In this document: positions 9,875-19,051 of the stretch, piece after piece | Numbering within the stretch: the stretch's first letter is position 1 | Layout of the letters: each line of letters starts with the position of its first letter | NCBI GenBank assembly: GCA_040389905.1 | Contig: JAZJZK010000006.1 | Coordinates: forward strand, 32,001 to 96,000 | Length of the DNA: 64,000 bases | Reading direction: 5' to 3' | Source: Gemmatimonadota bacterium | GTDB lineage: Bacteria > Gemmatimonadota > Gemmatimonadetes > Gemmatimonadales > Gemmatimonadaceae | Notes under the pieces: model-generated | Seen by the model: the letters and a program-made list of their open reading frames with translations, nothing else | Database searches by the model: none | Told to the model about the DNA's origin: nothing | Translations under genes and position numbers: made by a program

Positions 9875-10965
9875 CGGTGCGAACCCTCGCGCGTTGTGCT
9901 CACGCTGCGGCGAGCGGCAACGACACCCGCCACCGGCGTCGGTGTCTGCCACGATGCGAACTCGACCGCTTTCGTTGTACCGGCGGGAACGCGCTTGTGC
10001 GTACCGGCTCGCGACAGGAGGGCGGCACCCAGTCCAAGGGTCATGGCCGCCCAACTCGCGGCCAACGCCGCAGCCCGTACCACCGTTGCCGCCAACGGAG
10101 CACCTGTGAGAATCGCGGCAACCATCCAGAGTACGAAGAACAACGCAATGCCAACCGCGAGAGCGCCAAGTCCGCGTACTCGGCTGTTGGTTTCGCCGGT
10201 TTTCCAGATCGCTCCGCCAACCAGCCGGGCGGTGGCCAGGAAGCCGAGTGTCACGAGGCCAATCACTGCGATCGCGTAGGCGACGATGGCAAAGGGGATG
10301 AGCAGAACGCCGATGAGCGTGAGGGCCAACGCGACAACGAGTAACGCAAGTACTGGCAGGGCAACCAGTTGGCCGAGCAGTCCGTACCAGAACGCGCGTG
10401 AAAAGCGCAGTTCAATGGTCGCGACGACCTCATTGAGATTCGGTCCAGCGAAGAGGAGGACGCCCACGGCGACGCACAGCAGGACCGAAAAGGTTGCGGC
10501 GACGATTTTGGTGGCCTCGGCCGTACGTTCCGCCGCGGTCCGGGGCCGAGCAGCGAGCAGAATGGCGCCGGCCTCGATCGGCAGCGACGCCATCGCCCGC
10601 ATCTCTCCGTCGACTCTGCCGCTGTCCGCATTCACGTGGCCGCCGACTGCCAGCGCGTCGCCGGTGACACTCCCGCCAGTGTGGACGTTCACATCGCCGG
10701 CCAGGCTCACGACACTTCCTTCGACGCGACCGTAGACGTCGACGGGTCCCTTGGCGACGACGGTGCCGCGAACGACCGTACCCGCCGCGATGCTGCGCGG
10801 CCCCACCGATACGCTGTCTGCTGGCGGAACGCCTGCGATCTGTTCGCCTTTGCTGAGGCGCTTCAGATCGCGGTCGAGGTCGGCACGGCTCTGGCCCTGG
10901 GCACCGAGTGCCAGTGGGCTAACTGCGAGCAATGCGGCCGCCAGGGTGCGAACCCGGGCGTTCAT
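9871..10965 (-). CDS. Exported bactofilin-like (polymer-forming) domain plus multi-TM membrane domain
   Basis: ATG 10965, signal peptide; repeats VxGxVxGxVV..GDV..GGxVTGD..GGxV; C-terminal hydrophobic helices (LTLIGVLLIP). Confidence 0.7.
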   Translation of the reverse strand: MNARVRTLAAALLAVSPLALGAQGQSRADLDRDLKRLSKGEQIAGVPPADSVSVGPRSIAAGTVVRGTVVAKGPVDVYGRVEGSVVSLAGDVNVHTGGSVTGDALAVGGHVNADSGRVDGEMRAMASLPIEAGAILLAARPRTAAERTAEATKIVAATFSVLLCVAVGVLLFAGPNLNEVVATIELRFSRAFWYGLLGQLVALPVLALLVVALALTLIGVLLIPFAIVAYAIAVIGLVTLGFLATARLVGGAIWKTGETNSRVRGLGALAVGIALFFVLWMVAAILTGAPLAATVVRAAALAASWAAMTLGLGAALLSRAGTHKRVPAGTTKAVEFASWQTPTPVAGVVAARRSVSTTREGSHR

Positions 10966-10966
10966 C

Positions 10967-11548
10967 CTACTGCCTGCCGACGGCGGCCAGTTTCCGGATT
11001 CCGGCGACTGTTCCGAAGGCGGTGAGAACGAACCCACCCAGCAAGAGCGTCACGCCGATGGCTCCGGTCGCCTGAATAGCCGCGAGTGCGGACTCACCAA
11101 GGAGCGCGACGGCGATATCGCGCGCGGCCACAACAATGACGCCCCGAAGGCGGTCACCCAGCAATCCCGTCATGAACACCGCAGCATCGCCCTGCGTGGC
11201 CAACCAGACCATGGCAAGCGTCAACGCACCCATGACCGACGCAATGGTCGCGGCCGCTGCCACACGGGCGATACCCGCGGCCGGCATCCATTGGACGACA
11301 GAATCGCGCGCTGCCACATGCGCCGGCACGAAGACTGGCACCTGCGCCATGACCCGGTCAGCCAACCGCGAATCGGGCGCAAAGTGTGGGAGTGACTCCA
11401 GCGCATCGACGACGATACGCGCATCCTCGAGCCGCTCTCGGCAGTCGGCGCACTCATCAATGTGCGCGCGGAGCGGGGCGACGCCGAATCCGGCTTCGCC
11501 GTCGACCAGCAGGTCGATCTCGTTGGGGAGGAGGTGTCTGTGGTTCAT
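10967..11548 (-). CDS. Zinc-binding (zf-HC2/ZAS) membrane-anchored anti-sigma factor, RsiW-like
   Basis: HxxxCxxC motif (HIDECADC) followed by TM helices; directly downstream of ECF sigma. Confidence 0.85.
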   Translation of the reverse strand: MNHRHLLPNEIDLLVDGEAGFGVAPLRAHIDECADCRERLEDARIVVDALESLPHFAPDSRLADRVMAQVPVFVPAHVAARDSVVQWMPAAGIARVAAAATIASVMGALTLAMVWLATQGDAAVFMTGLLGDRLRGVIVVAARDIAVALLGESALAAIQATGAIGVTLLLGGFVLTAFGTVAGIRKLAAVGRQ

Positions 11549-11564
11549 GTGATCTGCACCCTAA

Positions 11565-11591
11565 TACGGGAGGTATGCACTACAGGTTTCA
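11565..11591 (-). promoter_or_regulatory. SigW/ECF01-type promoter TGAAAC-N17-CGTA in front of the anti-sigma gene
   Basis: Minus strand TGAAAC (11591-11586) ctgtagtgcatacctcc CGTA (11568-11565), 16 nt before the anti-sigma ATG. Confidence 0.7.
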
Positions 11592-11618
11592 AGAACGAAA
11601 GGGGTCGTGATTCGGAAA

Positions 11619-12221
11619 TCATTCGCGGGTATGCTCGAGCGCCTTCCGGAGCTCGTGCCGGGCCCGGTGGATGTAGGTCTTGACCGTGCCGAGCGGCAGG
11701 TCGAGCGTTCCGGCGATTTCTTCGTAGGAACGGCCTTCGACGTGCCGCAGCAGAATGCAGGATCGGTATTCGGGCCGGAGGCTGGCGATGGCGCGTTCAA
11801 TGGCCGAGCCCAACTCCTTGGCCTCCATCTCCTCCAGGGCATTCTCGGCGTCGTCGCCGATATCGAAGCGAGACGCCTCGACGGCGTCGGAGGTACTCGC
11901 GTGCGGTGAGCCGTCGATGCTGATGGTGTCCAGCTGGCGCCGGCGCAGGTGATCGATCGCGACATTGTTGGCGATCTTGAAGAGCCAGGAGGAAAACTTG
12001 AAGTCCGTCCGATAGCGGTCGAGGTGCGACAGGACTTTGACGAAGGTGTCCTGGGTGAGGTCCTCGGCCAGCTCGCGATCGCGCACCATGCGGAATACGA
12101 GCGAGAAAACGGGCCGCTCGTACCGCTTGATCAGCTCACGGTGCGCGGAGTCGCGACCCTCGAGGGCGAGGGCGACGACATCCGCGTCGGGCAGATTGGC
12201 GAGATCGAGGGCGCGGAGCAC
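11619..12221 (-). CDS. ECF RNA polymerase sigma factor, SigW-like
   Basis: AEDLTQDTFVK, KFSSWLFKIANNVAIDHLRRR, YEEIA..LDLPLGTVKTYIHRAR; start re-assigned to GTG 12221. Confidence 0.92.
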   Translation of the reverse strand: MLRALDLANLPDADVVALALEGRDSAHRELIKRYERPVFSLVFRMVRDRELAEDLTQDTFVKVLSHLDRYRTDFKFSSWLFKIANNVAIDHLRRRQLDTISIDGSPHASTSDAVEASRFDIGDDAENALEEMEAKELGSAIERAIASLRPEYRSCILLRHVEGRSYEEIAGTLDLPLGTVKTYIHRARHELRKALEHTRE

Positions 12222-12299
12222 TGCGGAAAGTATGTACGGCTCACGCCGCAATCCAGCCGCGTGCTTGCCCCTGTTCCGGCGCCCGGCGAACTTTCGACG

Positions 12300-13055
12300 A
12301 TGGTCGAAACCGAAGTTGAGGCGCGCCTTGCCGAACGGGCGGCGGAAGGAGGAGCGGAGAAGCGCGCGTACGTGCGGACCGTCTTCGAGGAGATCGCGCC
12401 TCGGTACGATCTGCTGAACCACCTGCTCAGCCTGAACATCGACAAGATGTGGCGTCGCCGCGCGCTCCGAGCGTTGGAGTGGGAGCGGCGTCCGGCCGGT
12501 GTCTACCTGGACCTCTGCGCCGGCACACTCGACGTCGCGGCGGAACTGAGCGCACGTCGCGGGTTCGGCGGGTTCATCGTGGGGGCGGATTTCGCGATCG
12601 CGATGCTGCGCGCCGGTTCCGGCAAGGCGCCACGGGAGGTTGTCGCGCCGGTGGGGGCCGACGCACAGCAATTACCGCTCGCCGATGCTTCGATGGACGG
12701 CGCGACCGTGGCGTTCGGAATTCGTAACGTCGCGTCCCTGGATGTCGCGCTCCGCGAGGTGCATCGCGTCCTCGCGCCAGGCGCGAGGTTCGTGATCCTC
12801 GAGTTCACGACACCTCGCTCATTCCTCGTCCGCACGTTCTATCACTTCTATTTTCACCAGGTGCTGCCGCTGATCGGCGGTTTGATCAGCGGGCACCGTT
12901 CTGCCTATCAGTACCTTCCGAAGTCAGTGGCTCACTTTCCGTCCGAGCCGGAACTGGCGCGCCGAATGACGGAGGCCGGTTTCTCCAATGTTCGCTTCGA
13001 GACGCTCACACTTGGCATCGCCGCTATTCATGTGGGCGAAAAACCGAACGGTTAG
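12300..13055 (+). CDS. ubiE: Demethylmenaquinone/ubiquinone C-methyltransferase (UbiE/MenG)
   Basis: IAPRYDLLNHLLS, LDLCAGT, AFGIRNV, ILEF, YQYLPKSV. Confidence 0.93.
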   Translation: MVETEVEARLAERAAEGGAEKRAYVRTVFEEIAPRYDLLNHLLSLNIDKMWRRRALRALEWERRPAGVYLDLCAGTLDVAAELSARRGFGGFIVGADFAIAMLRAGSGKAPREVVAPVGADAQQLPLADASMDGATVAFGIRNVASLDVALREVHRVLAPGARFVILEFTTPRSFLVRTFYHFYFHQVLPLIGGLISGHRSAYQYLPKSVAHFPSEPELARRMTEAGFSNVRFETLTLGIAAIHVGEKPNG

Positions 13056-13064
13056 CTCGTGCTC

Positions 13065-13152
13065 GTCACCCCGAGCGAGCGAAGCGAGTCGAGGGGTCTG
13101 CACCTCAAACCCAGACTGAACGTGCAGATCCCTCGACTTCGCTCGGGATGAC
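13065..13152. repeat. REP-like palindromic element (GTCA..CCGAGCGA...TCGCTCGGGATGAC)
   Basis: Left arm 13065-13103 matches the reverse complement of 13122-13152 at 29/31 apart from an 8-nt insertion containing GCGAAGC. Confidence 0.85.
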
Positions 13153-13206
13153 ATTGAAGGTTCGCTGCTCGCCTATCACCTGCATTTCCTATCACAAGAC
13201 CGCATC

Positions 13207-14679
13207 TTGTCGCTCGACACACTTCGCGAATTCATAGACGCAATTGACGCTGCCGGAGAGCTCGTGCGGATCAAGCACCCCGTGCGCGCCCACCTCGAGC
13301 TATGCGAGATCAGCGACCGGGCCATGAAGATGCCGGGCGGTGGACCCGCTCTGCTGTTCGAGCATGTCATTCTCAAGGACGGATCACGCTCCGCATTCCC
13401 CGTCGGCATCAACCTGTTCGGCTCGATGTCCCGGATGGCCATGTCGCTCGGTGTCGACAAGCTCGACGATCATGGTGCGCGGATCACGAGGCTGCTCGAC
13501 CTCAAGGTGCCGGAAGGCATCATGGGCAAGCTGTCCATGCTGCCTCGACTCATGGAGGTGGCCAAGTTTCCACCACGGTCGACGACCAGCCCACGCTGCC
13601 AGGAAGTAATCTGGCGCGGTGACGACATCGATCTCGACAAGCTGCCCATTCTCACCTGCTGGCCGGAAGACGGCGGTCCGTACATCACGCTGCCGATGGT
13701 GATCACGACCGATCCCAAGCGCGGCATTCGGAACGTCGGGATGTATCGCGTGCAGCAGATGAGCAAGAACACGCTTGCGATGCACTGGCAGCGGCACAAG
13801 GTCGGCGCGGCGCACTGGCGCGAAATGGCGGAGCGTGGCGAAACGATGCCGGTGGTGATTGCCGTCGGCGCCGATCCCGCATCGATCTATTCAGCGAGTG
13901 CTCCGCTGCCGCCAACGGTCGATGAGTTCATCTTCTCGGGATTTCTTCGCAGTAAGCCGGTTCTGCTCGCGAAGGCCGTGACGTGCGACCTCGACGTGCC
14001 GGCCGAGGCCGACTTCGTCATCGAAGGCTACATCGACCCGGCCGAGGATCTCGTGATGGAGGGTCCATTCGGCGATCACACGGGCTTCTACTCGTTGGCG
14101 GACTACTACCCGCTCGTGCACGTGACGGCGATCACGATGCGCCGCGATCCTATTCTCCCGTGTACGATTGTCGGTCGCCCGCCGATGGAAGACTTCTACC
14201 TCGGCCATGCCACGGAGCGAATTTTCCTACCGCTGCTCAAGCTCACGATTCCAGAGATCGTGGATTATCACATGCCGGCGGAGGGGATCTTTCACAACCT
14301 CGTGTTCGTGAGCATCAAGAAAGAGTATCCCGGCCAGGCCTACAAGGTGATGAACGCCATGTGGGGCCAGGGGCTGATGTCGCTCGCCAAGGTGCTCGTG
14401 ATCGTGGACGACTGGGTGAACGTTCGCGATCCGCAGGAAGCGTGGTGGGTCGCACTCAACAACATCGACCCGGAGCGTGACACGCGCTTCACCATGGGGC
14501 CAATGGACGTGCTCGATCACTCGAGTCGTGCATTTACCTATGGGTCGAAAATGGGCATCGACGCGACGCGAAAATTTCCCGAGGAAGGATTCACGCGCGA
14601 TTGGCCGGCGGTCATCGTCATGGACGAAAAGACGAAGGCCGCGGTGGACGCGATGTGGCCGTCGCTGGGGATCGCGTGA
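13207..14679 (+). CDS. ubiD: UbiD-family decarboxylase (menaquinone-biosynthesis type)
   Basis: NVGMYR, MHWQRHK, EGPFGDHTGFY, DVLDH..GSKMGIDAT; TTG start. Confidence 0.92.
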   Translation: MSLDTLREFIDAIDAAGELVRIKHPVRAHLELCEISDRAMKMPGGGPALLFEHVILKDGSRSAFPVGINLFGSMSRMAMSLGVDKLDDHGARITRLLDLKVPEGIMGKLSMLPRLMEVAKFPPRSTTSPRCQEVIWRGDDIDLDKLPILTCWPEDGGPYITLPMVITTDPKRGIRNVGMYRVQQMSKNTLAMHWQRHKVGAAHWREMAERGETMPVVIAVGADPASIYSASAPLPPTVDEFIFSGFLRSKPVLLAKAVTCDLDVPAEADFVIEGYIDPAEDLVMEGPFGDHTGFYSLADYYPLVHVTAITMRRDPILPCTIVGRPPMEDFYLGHATERIFLPLLKLTIPEIVDYHMPAEGIFHNLVFVSIKKEYPGQAYKVMNAMWGQGLMSLAKVLVIVDDWVNVRDPQEAWWVALNNIDPERDTRFTMGPMDVLDHSSRAFTYGSKMGIDATRKFPEEGFTRDWPAVIVMDEKTKAAVDAMWPSLGIA

Positions 14680-15620
14680 CGCGCGAAGGGCAGACCTTTG
14701 CCGGAACGTCCCGGCTCGCGACGTACGCGAGTTTCGTCAAGCTACCTCACACCGTCTTCGCGCTGCCGTTCGCCCTTATTGGGGTGGTGTTGGCATCGTA
14801 TGAGAATGCGGTCACGTGGGCGATGCTCGGCTGGGTCGTACTGGCGTTCACCGCGGCCCGGTTCGCGGCGATGGGGTTCAATCGCGTCGTCGATCGCGAC
14901 TTCGATGCCGAGAACCCACGTACACGGATGCGTGAGATTCCTCGTGGGGCGCTCACTGTTCGCGAGGCGTGGACCTCCGTCATCGTCGCGTCCGCCGTCT
15001 TCGTACTCGCGGCGGGCGCGCTGAGCCCGCTCTGCCTTGCGCTGTCGCCAATCGCGTTGGCGTGGGTGTTCTTTTACAGCTACACCAAGCGGTTCACCCG
15101 CTTTGCGCACATCGTCCTTGGGCTCGGCATGGCGATCGCGCCGGTGGGCGGTTTTCTCGCGGTGGCCGGGCATTGGAGCCGGCCGTGGTGGATGTTGTGC
15201 GCCCTCGCGACCGCCGTGGCCACGTGGGGGGGCGGGTTCGACATCCTGTACGCGTTGCCGGACGTCAGCTTTGACAAGGAGCATGGCCTTTACTCCATTC
15301 CCTCGACGATGGGCGAACACAAGGCGATCATCGTTTCGCGCGTCCTTCACACCCTGACGGTGGTCTGCCTGGCGCTTGTTGGATGGGTGGTCTTTCCCCA
15401 CTACTGGTCGCTCTCGCAGGTCCTGTATGCGCTGGGCGTGAGCGTGGCGGCGGCACTCCTCTGCTATGAGCATTCACTGGTCAGCGCGGACGACCTCTCC
15501 AAGCTGGATGCCGCGTTTTTCACCATGAACGGTGTCATCAGCCTGACGCTCTTCGCGTTTGTGCTCGTGGGTCGACTGCTGGATGGCGTGATATTCGAGA
15601 CGGGCGGTAGAGTTCTGTGA
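14676..15620 (+). CDS. ubiA: UbiA-family polyprenyltransferase (MqnP-like)
   Basis: KLPHTVFALPFA, NRVVDRDFDAENPRT, YSYTKRFT, GFDILYA..D, AFFTMNG; GTG overlaps ubiD stop. Confidence 0.92.
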   Translation: MTREGQTFAGTSRLATYASFVKLPHTVFALPFALIGVVLASYENAVTWAMLGWVVLAFTAARFAAMGFNRVVDRDFDAENPRTRMREIPRGALTVREAWTSVIVASAVFVLAAGALSPLCLALSPIALAWVFFYSYTKRFTRFAHIVLGLGMAIAPVGGFLAVAGHWSRPWWMLCALATAVATWGGGFDILYALPDVSFDKEHGLYSIPSTMGEHKAIIVSRVLHTLTVVCLALVGWVVFPHYWSLSQVLYALGVSVAAALLCYEHSLVSADDLSKLDAAFFTMNGVISLTLFAFVLVGRLLDGVIFETGGRVL

Positions 15621-16216
15621 GCGGTCTGCCAGTTGTCATGGCGATCACGGGTGCCTCCGGTGCCCCGTACGCGGTTCGGCTGCTGGAGCAGTTGCTCGTC
15701 GTGGGGCAACCCGTGCAGCTCATCCTGTCGAGTCATGGCCTTCGCCTGCTGCGAACGGAGACGGACGTCGCCTCGCTTGAATCACTACGCACGGTTGTCG
15801 ACGCACGACGCTTCGATGCCCTGGTGACCGTTTTCGACGATGATGATCGTGGTGCGGCGCCCGCCTCGGGTTCGGCACGCAATAAGGGAATGATCATCTG
15901 TCCATGCTCGATGGGCACATTGAGCGCGATCAGCCAGGGAACGTCACGGTCGTTGGTCGAGCGCGCGGCAGACGTGGCCCTCAAGGAACGGCGGACGCTC
16001 GTGCTGGTCACGCGCGAAACGCCACTCAGCGCGATTCACCTCGAGAACATGCTGCGCGTGACGCGCGCCGGTGCCGTCGTGATGCCGGCGAGCCCCGGAT
16101 TCTATCATCGTCCAGGCAGTATCGATGAGCTGGTTGATTTCATGGTCGCGCGCGTCCTCGATCATCTCGACGTCGAACACGCGTTGGGCAAACGATGGGG
16201 AGATACCGACGAGTGA
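15617..16216 (+). CDS. ubiX: UbiX flavin prenyltransferase
   Basis: AITGASGA, ASGS, PCSMGTL, RAADVALKERR, RETPL, PGFY. Confidence 0.95.
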   Translation: MSGLPVVMAITGASGAPYAVRLLEQLLVVGQPVQLILSSHGLRLLRTETDVASLESLRTVVDARRFDALVTVFDDDDRGAAPASGSARNKGMIICPCSMGTLSAISQGTSRSLVERAADVALKERRTLVLVTRETPLSAIHLENMLRVTRAGAVVMPASPGFYHRPGSIDELVDFMVARVLDHLDVEHALGKRWGDTDE

Positions 16217-16689
16217 GTGGCCCGATCATCGTCGGGCTTATTTCCGATACGCATGGGCTCGTGCGGCCAAGCGTACACACGGCGTTGGCCGGCGTGGGGC
16301 TGATCCTGCACGCGGGTGATGTCGGCGAAGACGTCATACTCGATGAGCTGGAACTGATCGCGCCGGTCTTTGCGGTCTTCGGGAACACGGATGTCCCTGG
16401 GAATCCACGCCTCGCCGCGAGTATCGAGCGAACGATCGGCGGAGTAACGGTCCACGTGTCGCACGGGCACGAAGTGGGCTCTCCCACTCCGGCGCGACTG
16501 CTAGAGCATTATGCTGCGGACGTGATCGTCTATGGTCACACCCACCGCCAACTCATTGCGCAGGCAGAGGGACGACTCGTCATCAATCCGGGAGCGGCAG
16601 GAGCGCGACGGTTCAACCTCGAACCGAGTGTGGCTCGGTTGACGATCGCTGGCGGGAAAGCGAGCGTGGAGATCGTGGAGCTGACCTAA
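16213..16689 (+). CDS. YfcE-type metallophosphoesterase
   Basis: SDTHG, HAGD, GNTD, HGH, GHTH, NPG motifs. Confidence 0.92.
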   Translation: MSGPIIVGLISDTHGLVRPSVHTALAGVGLILHAGDVGEDVILDELELIAPVFAVFGNTDVPGNPRLAASIERTIGGVTVHVSHGHEVGSPTPARLLEHYAADVIVYGHTHRQLIAQAEGRLVINPGAAGARRFNLEPSVARLTIAGGKASVEIVELT

Positions 16690-16753
16690 CTAAACTAGAC
16701 TGCGTGAAGGTGCGGGCCCTTCGCATGCGCGGACCAATCCTAAAGCTGCTGGG

Positions 16754-16857
16754 ATCGGGAAGTTTCCGCTGCATCCGATGAATCCGTTCCTAAGAAGGAC
16801 CCGCCAGATTGAGGAACGGATTTAACGGATGCGGCGGAAACTACACGGATTCCCGAT
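16754..16857. repeat. Fold-back element with 9-bp-period ATCCG/CGGAT units
   Basis: Arms 16761-16791 and 16812-16842 are 28/31 complementary; outer ATCGGGA/TCCCGAT; lies between convergent genes. Confidence 0.85.
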
Positions 16858-16878
16858 GCCTGCGGTGAGAAACGCCAC

Positions 16879-17097
16879 CTACACAGCCTTGAAATGATTC
16901 GCGGGATAGAGATAGTCCTCCCCTGAATCATCGAGGATTCTGTAGAACGACCCGCTCGCCTCGACGCCGAGCATCTCATAGATCCGCCCGAGTGTAAGGT
17001 CGTGACATCCGCCGGGCTCATCGCAGCCGGGATATGTGAGCCAGGGGTCCACGCTGACGCACTGGACCAGGGTCACGGGTTGCCATGAAGTCGCCAT
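16879..17097 (-). CDS. Small hypothetical protein (72 aa) with C-terminal RILDDSGEDYLYP motif
   Basis: DLTLGRIYE...YRILDDSGEDYLYPANHF resembles a recurrent family of small uncharacterised bacterial proteins (recalled, not searched); start uncertain. Confidence 0.65.
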   Translation of the reverse strand: MATSWQPVTLVQCVSVDPWLTYPGCDEPGGCHDLTLGRIYEMLGVEASGSFYRILDDSGEDYLYPANHFKAV

Positions 17098-17129
17098 GGC
17101 CGCCCGGAAATGCAAGAGGCTCGCCAAGC

Positions 17130-18245
17130 CTACGCGACGAATTCCGCAGCGGGCGTGGAGCGATGCAGCTCTTGCGGAAAGCGGCGGAACCACGAGGAGA
17201 GCAACAGCAGCTCGTCTACTTCGTGACTTGGTACCTGCGTGCTGTCGCGCTCCACCGGATGGAAGACATCCGAGACCATCTCGAGCAATCGAATGCGGTC
17301 CGGCTCGCTGCGCGGCAACGCGTATTCCCCACGCACCCGCCCGCGACGAATCAGGTAGATGCGGTCGTCGCCGTCGTAGCCCGGCACCGTGTAGACGAAC
17401 GATAACGTCTCGACCGCAAAGCGAAACTTGATGAACTGTTCGCGGAGCCCCTCGAGACGATGAAGCTTATCGCGGAGAGAGGCGGCTCGTTCAAATTCCA
17501 TCGCGTCGCTGGCCGCGATCATCTCGTCGCGCAACGTGTTCATGGGTCCGTCGTCCGCGCCGTCAAGAAAGCCACGCACCATGTCGACGCGTTCCATGTA
17601 CTCCGCGGCCGAACAGCCGCCGACACACGGGCCCAGACACTTGTGGATCTCGTGTCGAATGCACCCGGGTGTGCGCGGAAAGATCTGGAAGAGTTCGGGT
17701 TGATCGGAGAAATGCATTGGCTGATCGAGCCGGCAGTCCCTCAGGCCGAGCGCGTCGTTCAATTCTCGAATGGCCTCGCCGACGCGCTGCGCGCCATGGA
17801 ATGGGCCATAGTAGACCTGCGCGTCGTCGGCGCCCGCGCCGCGAACCACGAGGAGCTTTGGCGCCGTCGTACGCGTGAGTTTGATGAAGGCGAAATGCCG
17901 CGCATCCTTCTTCATCGCGACGTTCAAGCGCGGGCGGAAGCGCTTGATGAGCCGCAGTTCTTCGAGCAGCGCCGCGAATTCGCTCGGCATGTAATCCCAC
18001 TCGATGCGGTCGGCCTCGCGAACAATCCGAGCGCCCTTGTCGTCGGGTCCGCAACGGAAATAGCTCAGCAGTCGCGTCCGGAGCTTTTTTGCCTTTCCGA
18101 CGTAAACGATCTCCCCGTCGTTTGCGACCATGCGGTAGACGCCCGGCCGGTCCTTGGCATTCGCCTTCACCACGAGACGCATGGCTTCGACCTGCGCCTC
18201 CGGCGTGGCTGGCCGGAGGATGCCTACTTTTGACAGCGGGCGCAT
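17130..18245 (-). CDS. UvrC N-terminal-like (Cho-like) GIY-YIG nuclease with UVR motif
   Basis: PGVYRM...YVGKAKKLRTRLLSYF, ALLEELRLIK..P.LN, YGPF, Cys cluster, FERAASLRD; lacks UvrC C-terminal RNaseH/HhH region. Confidence 0.85.
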   Translation of the reverse strand: MRPLSKVGILRPATPEAQVEAMRLVVKANAKDRPGVYRMVANDGEIVYVGKAKKLRTRLLSYFRCGPDDKGARIVREADRIEWDYMPSEFAALLEELRLIKRFRPRLNVAMKKDARHFAFIKLTRTTAPKLLVVRGAGADDAQVYYGPFHGAQRVGEAIRELNDALGLRDCRLDQPMHFSDQPELFQIFPRTPGCIRHEIHKCLGPCVGGCSAAEYMERVDMVRGFLDGADDGPMNTLRDEMIAASDAMEFERAASLRDKLHRLEGLREQFIKFRFAVETLSFVYTVPGYDGDDRIYLIRRGRVRGEYALPRSEPDRIRLLEMVSDVFHPVERDSTQVPSHEVDELLLLSSWFRRFPQELHRSTPAAEFVA

Positions 18246-19051
18246 AACACCGTCGTGCGGCCGTCGATCGCGTGCGTCTCGATGAGCCGCGCCCCGCAAC
18301 GCATGCACGGTTGCCCCCCGCGACCATAGGCGGCAAGCGACCGCTGGAAGTCTCCCTTGCCTCCGGACGCGTCGCGATAGTCTCGAAACGATGTGCCCCG
18401 GGCGGCAATGGATTCAGTCAGCACGCTGATAATGCCCTGATGGAGGTCCGCGATCTCCTCGTCGGTGAGCTCGCGCGCCATTCGAGAGGGGTCCACCTCA
18501 GCGCGCCAACACGCTTCGTTCGCGTAGATGTTTCCGATCCCGACGATCATTCGCTGATCCATGAGCAGCTTTTTCAACGCCTGTTTCGACCCCCGAACAA
18601 GTACCGATAGATGGGGGATCGTGAACGCGGGGTCAAGAGGCTCGATGCCCAACGCGCCGACATAGGACTCGAAGCGGTCCGGCCCCATCAGGGAAACGGT
18701 TCCCAGGCGACGGATGTCGCGGTAGTGAAGGTCGCGATCGTCGTCGAGGGAGAAATGGAGGGTCGAATAGTTTGCTTCTCGCTCAGGCAACGGACCTCGG
18801 CTCAGCAAGAGTGCGCCAGTGAACCGCGGCTGCACAACGACGCGGTCACGGGAGTCGAGGTCGATCACGACGAGCTTCGCGCGCCGCCAGCATCGGGTGA
18901 TCGTCGAGCCAACGGTGCGACGCAGAAGCTCTGTCGTCGTGACCTCGCGCAACACGTCGGTTTTCGAGACAGCGACGCCGACGATTCTTCGCCCGCGCAG
19001 TTCACCGTCGAGGTCGCGCGCGATCGTCTCAGTTTCTGGAAGTTCGGGCAC
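18224..19051 (-). CDS. mutM: Formamidopyrimidine-DNA glycosylase
   Basis: N-terminal PELPE, RRAK, LMDQ..GIGNIYANE, C-terminal CxxC..CxxC zinc finger; GTG 19051. Confidence 0.95.
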   Translation of the reverse strand: MPELPETETIARDLDGELRGRRIVGVAVSKTDVLREVTTTELLRRTVGSTITRCWRRAKLVVIDLDSRDRVVVQPRFTGALLLSRGPLPEREANYSTLHFSLDDDRDLHYRDIRRLGTVSLMGPDRFESYVGALGIEPLDPAFTIPHLSVLVRGSKQALKKLLMDQRMIVGIGNIYANEACWRAEVDPSRMARELTDEEIADLHQGIISVLTESIAARGTSFRDYRDASGGKGDFQRSLAAYGRGGQPCMRCGARLIETHAIDGRTTVLCARCQK

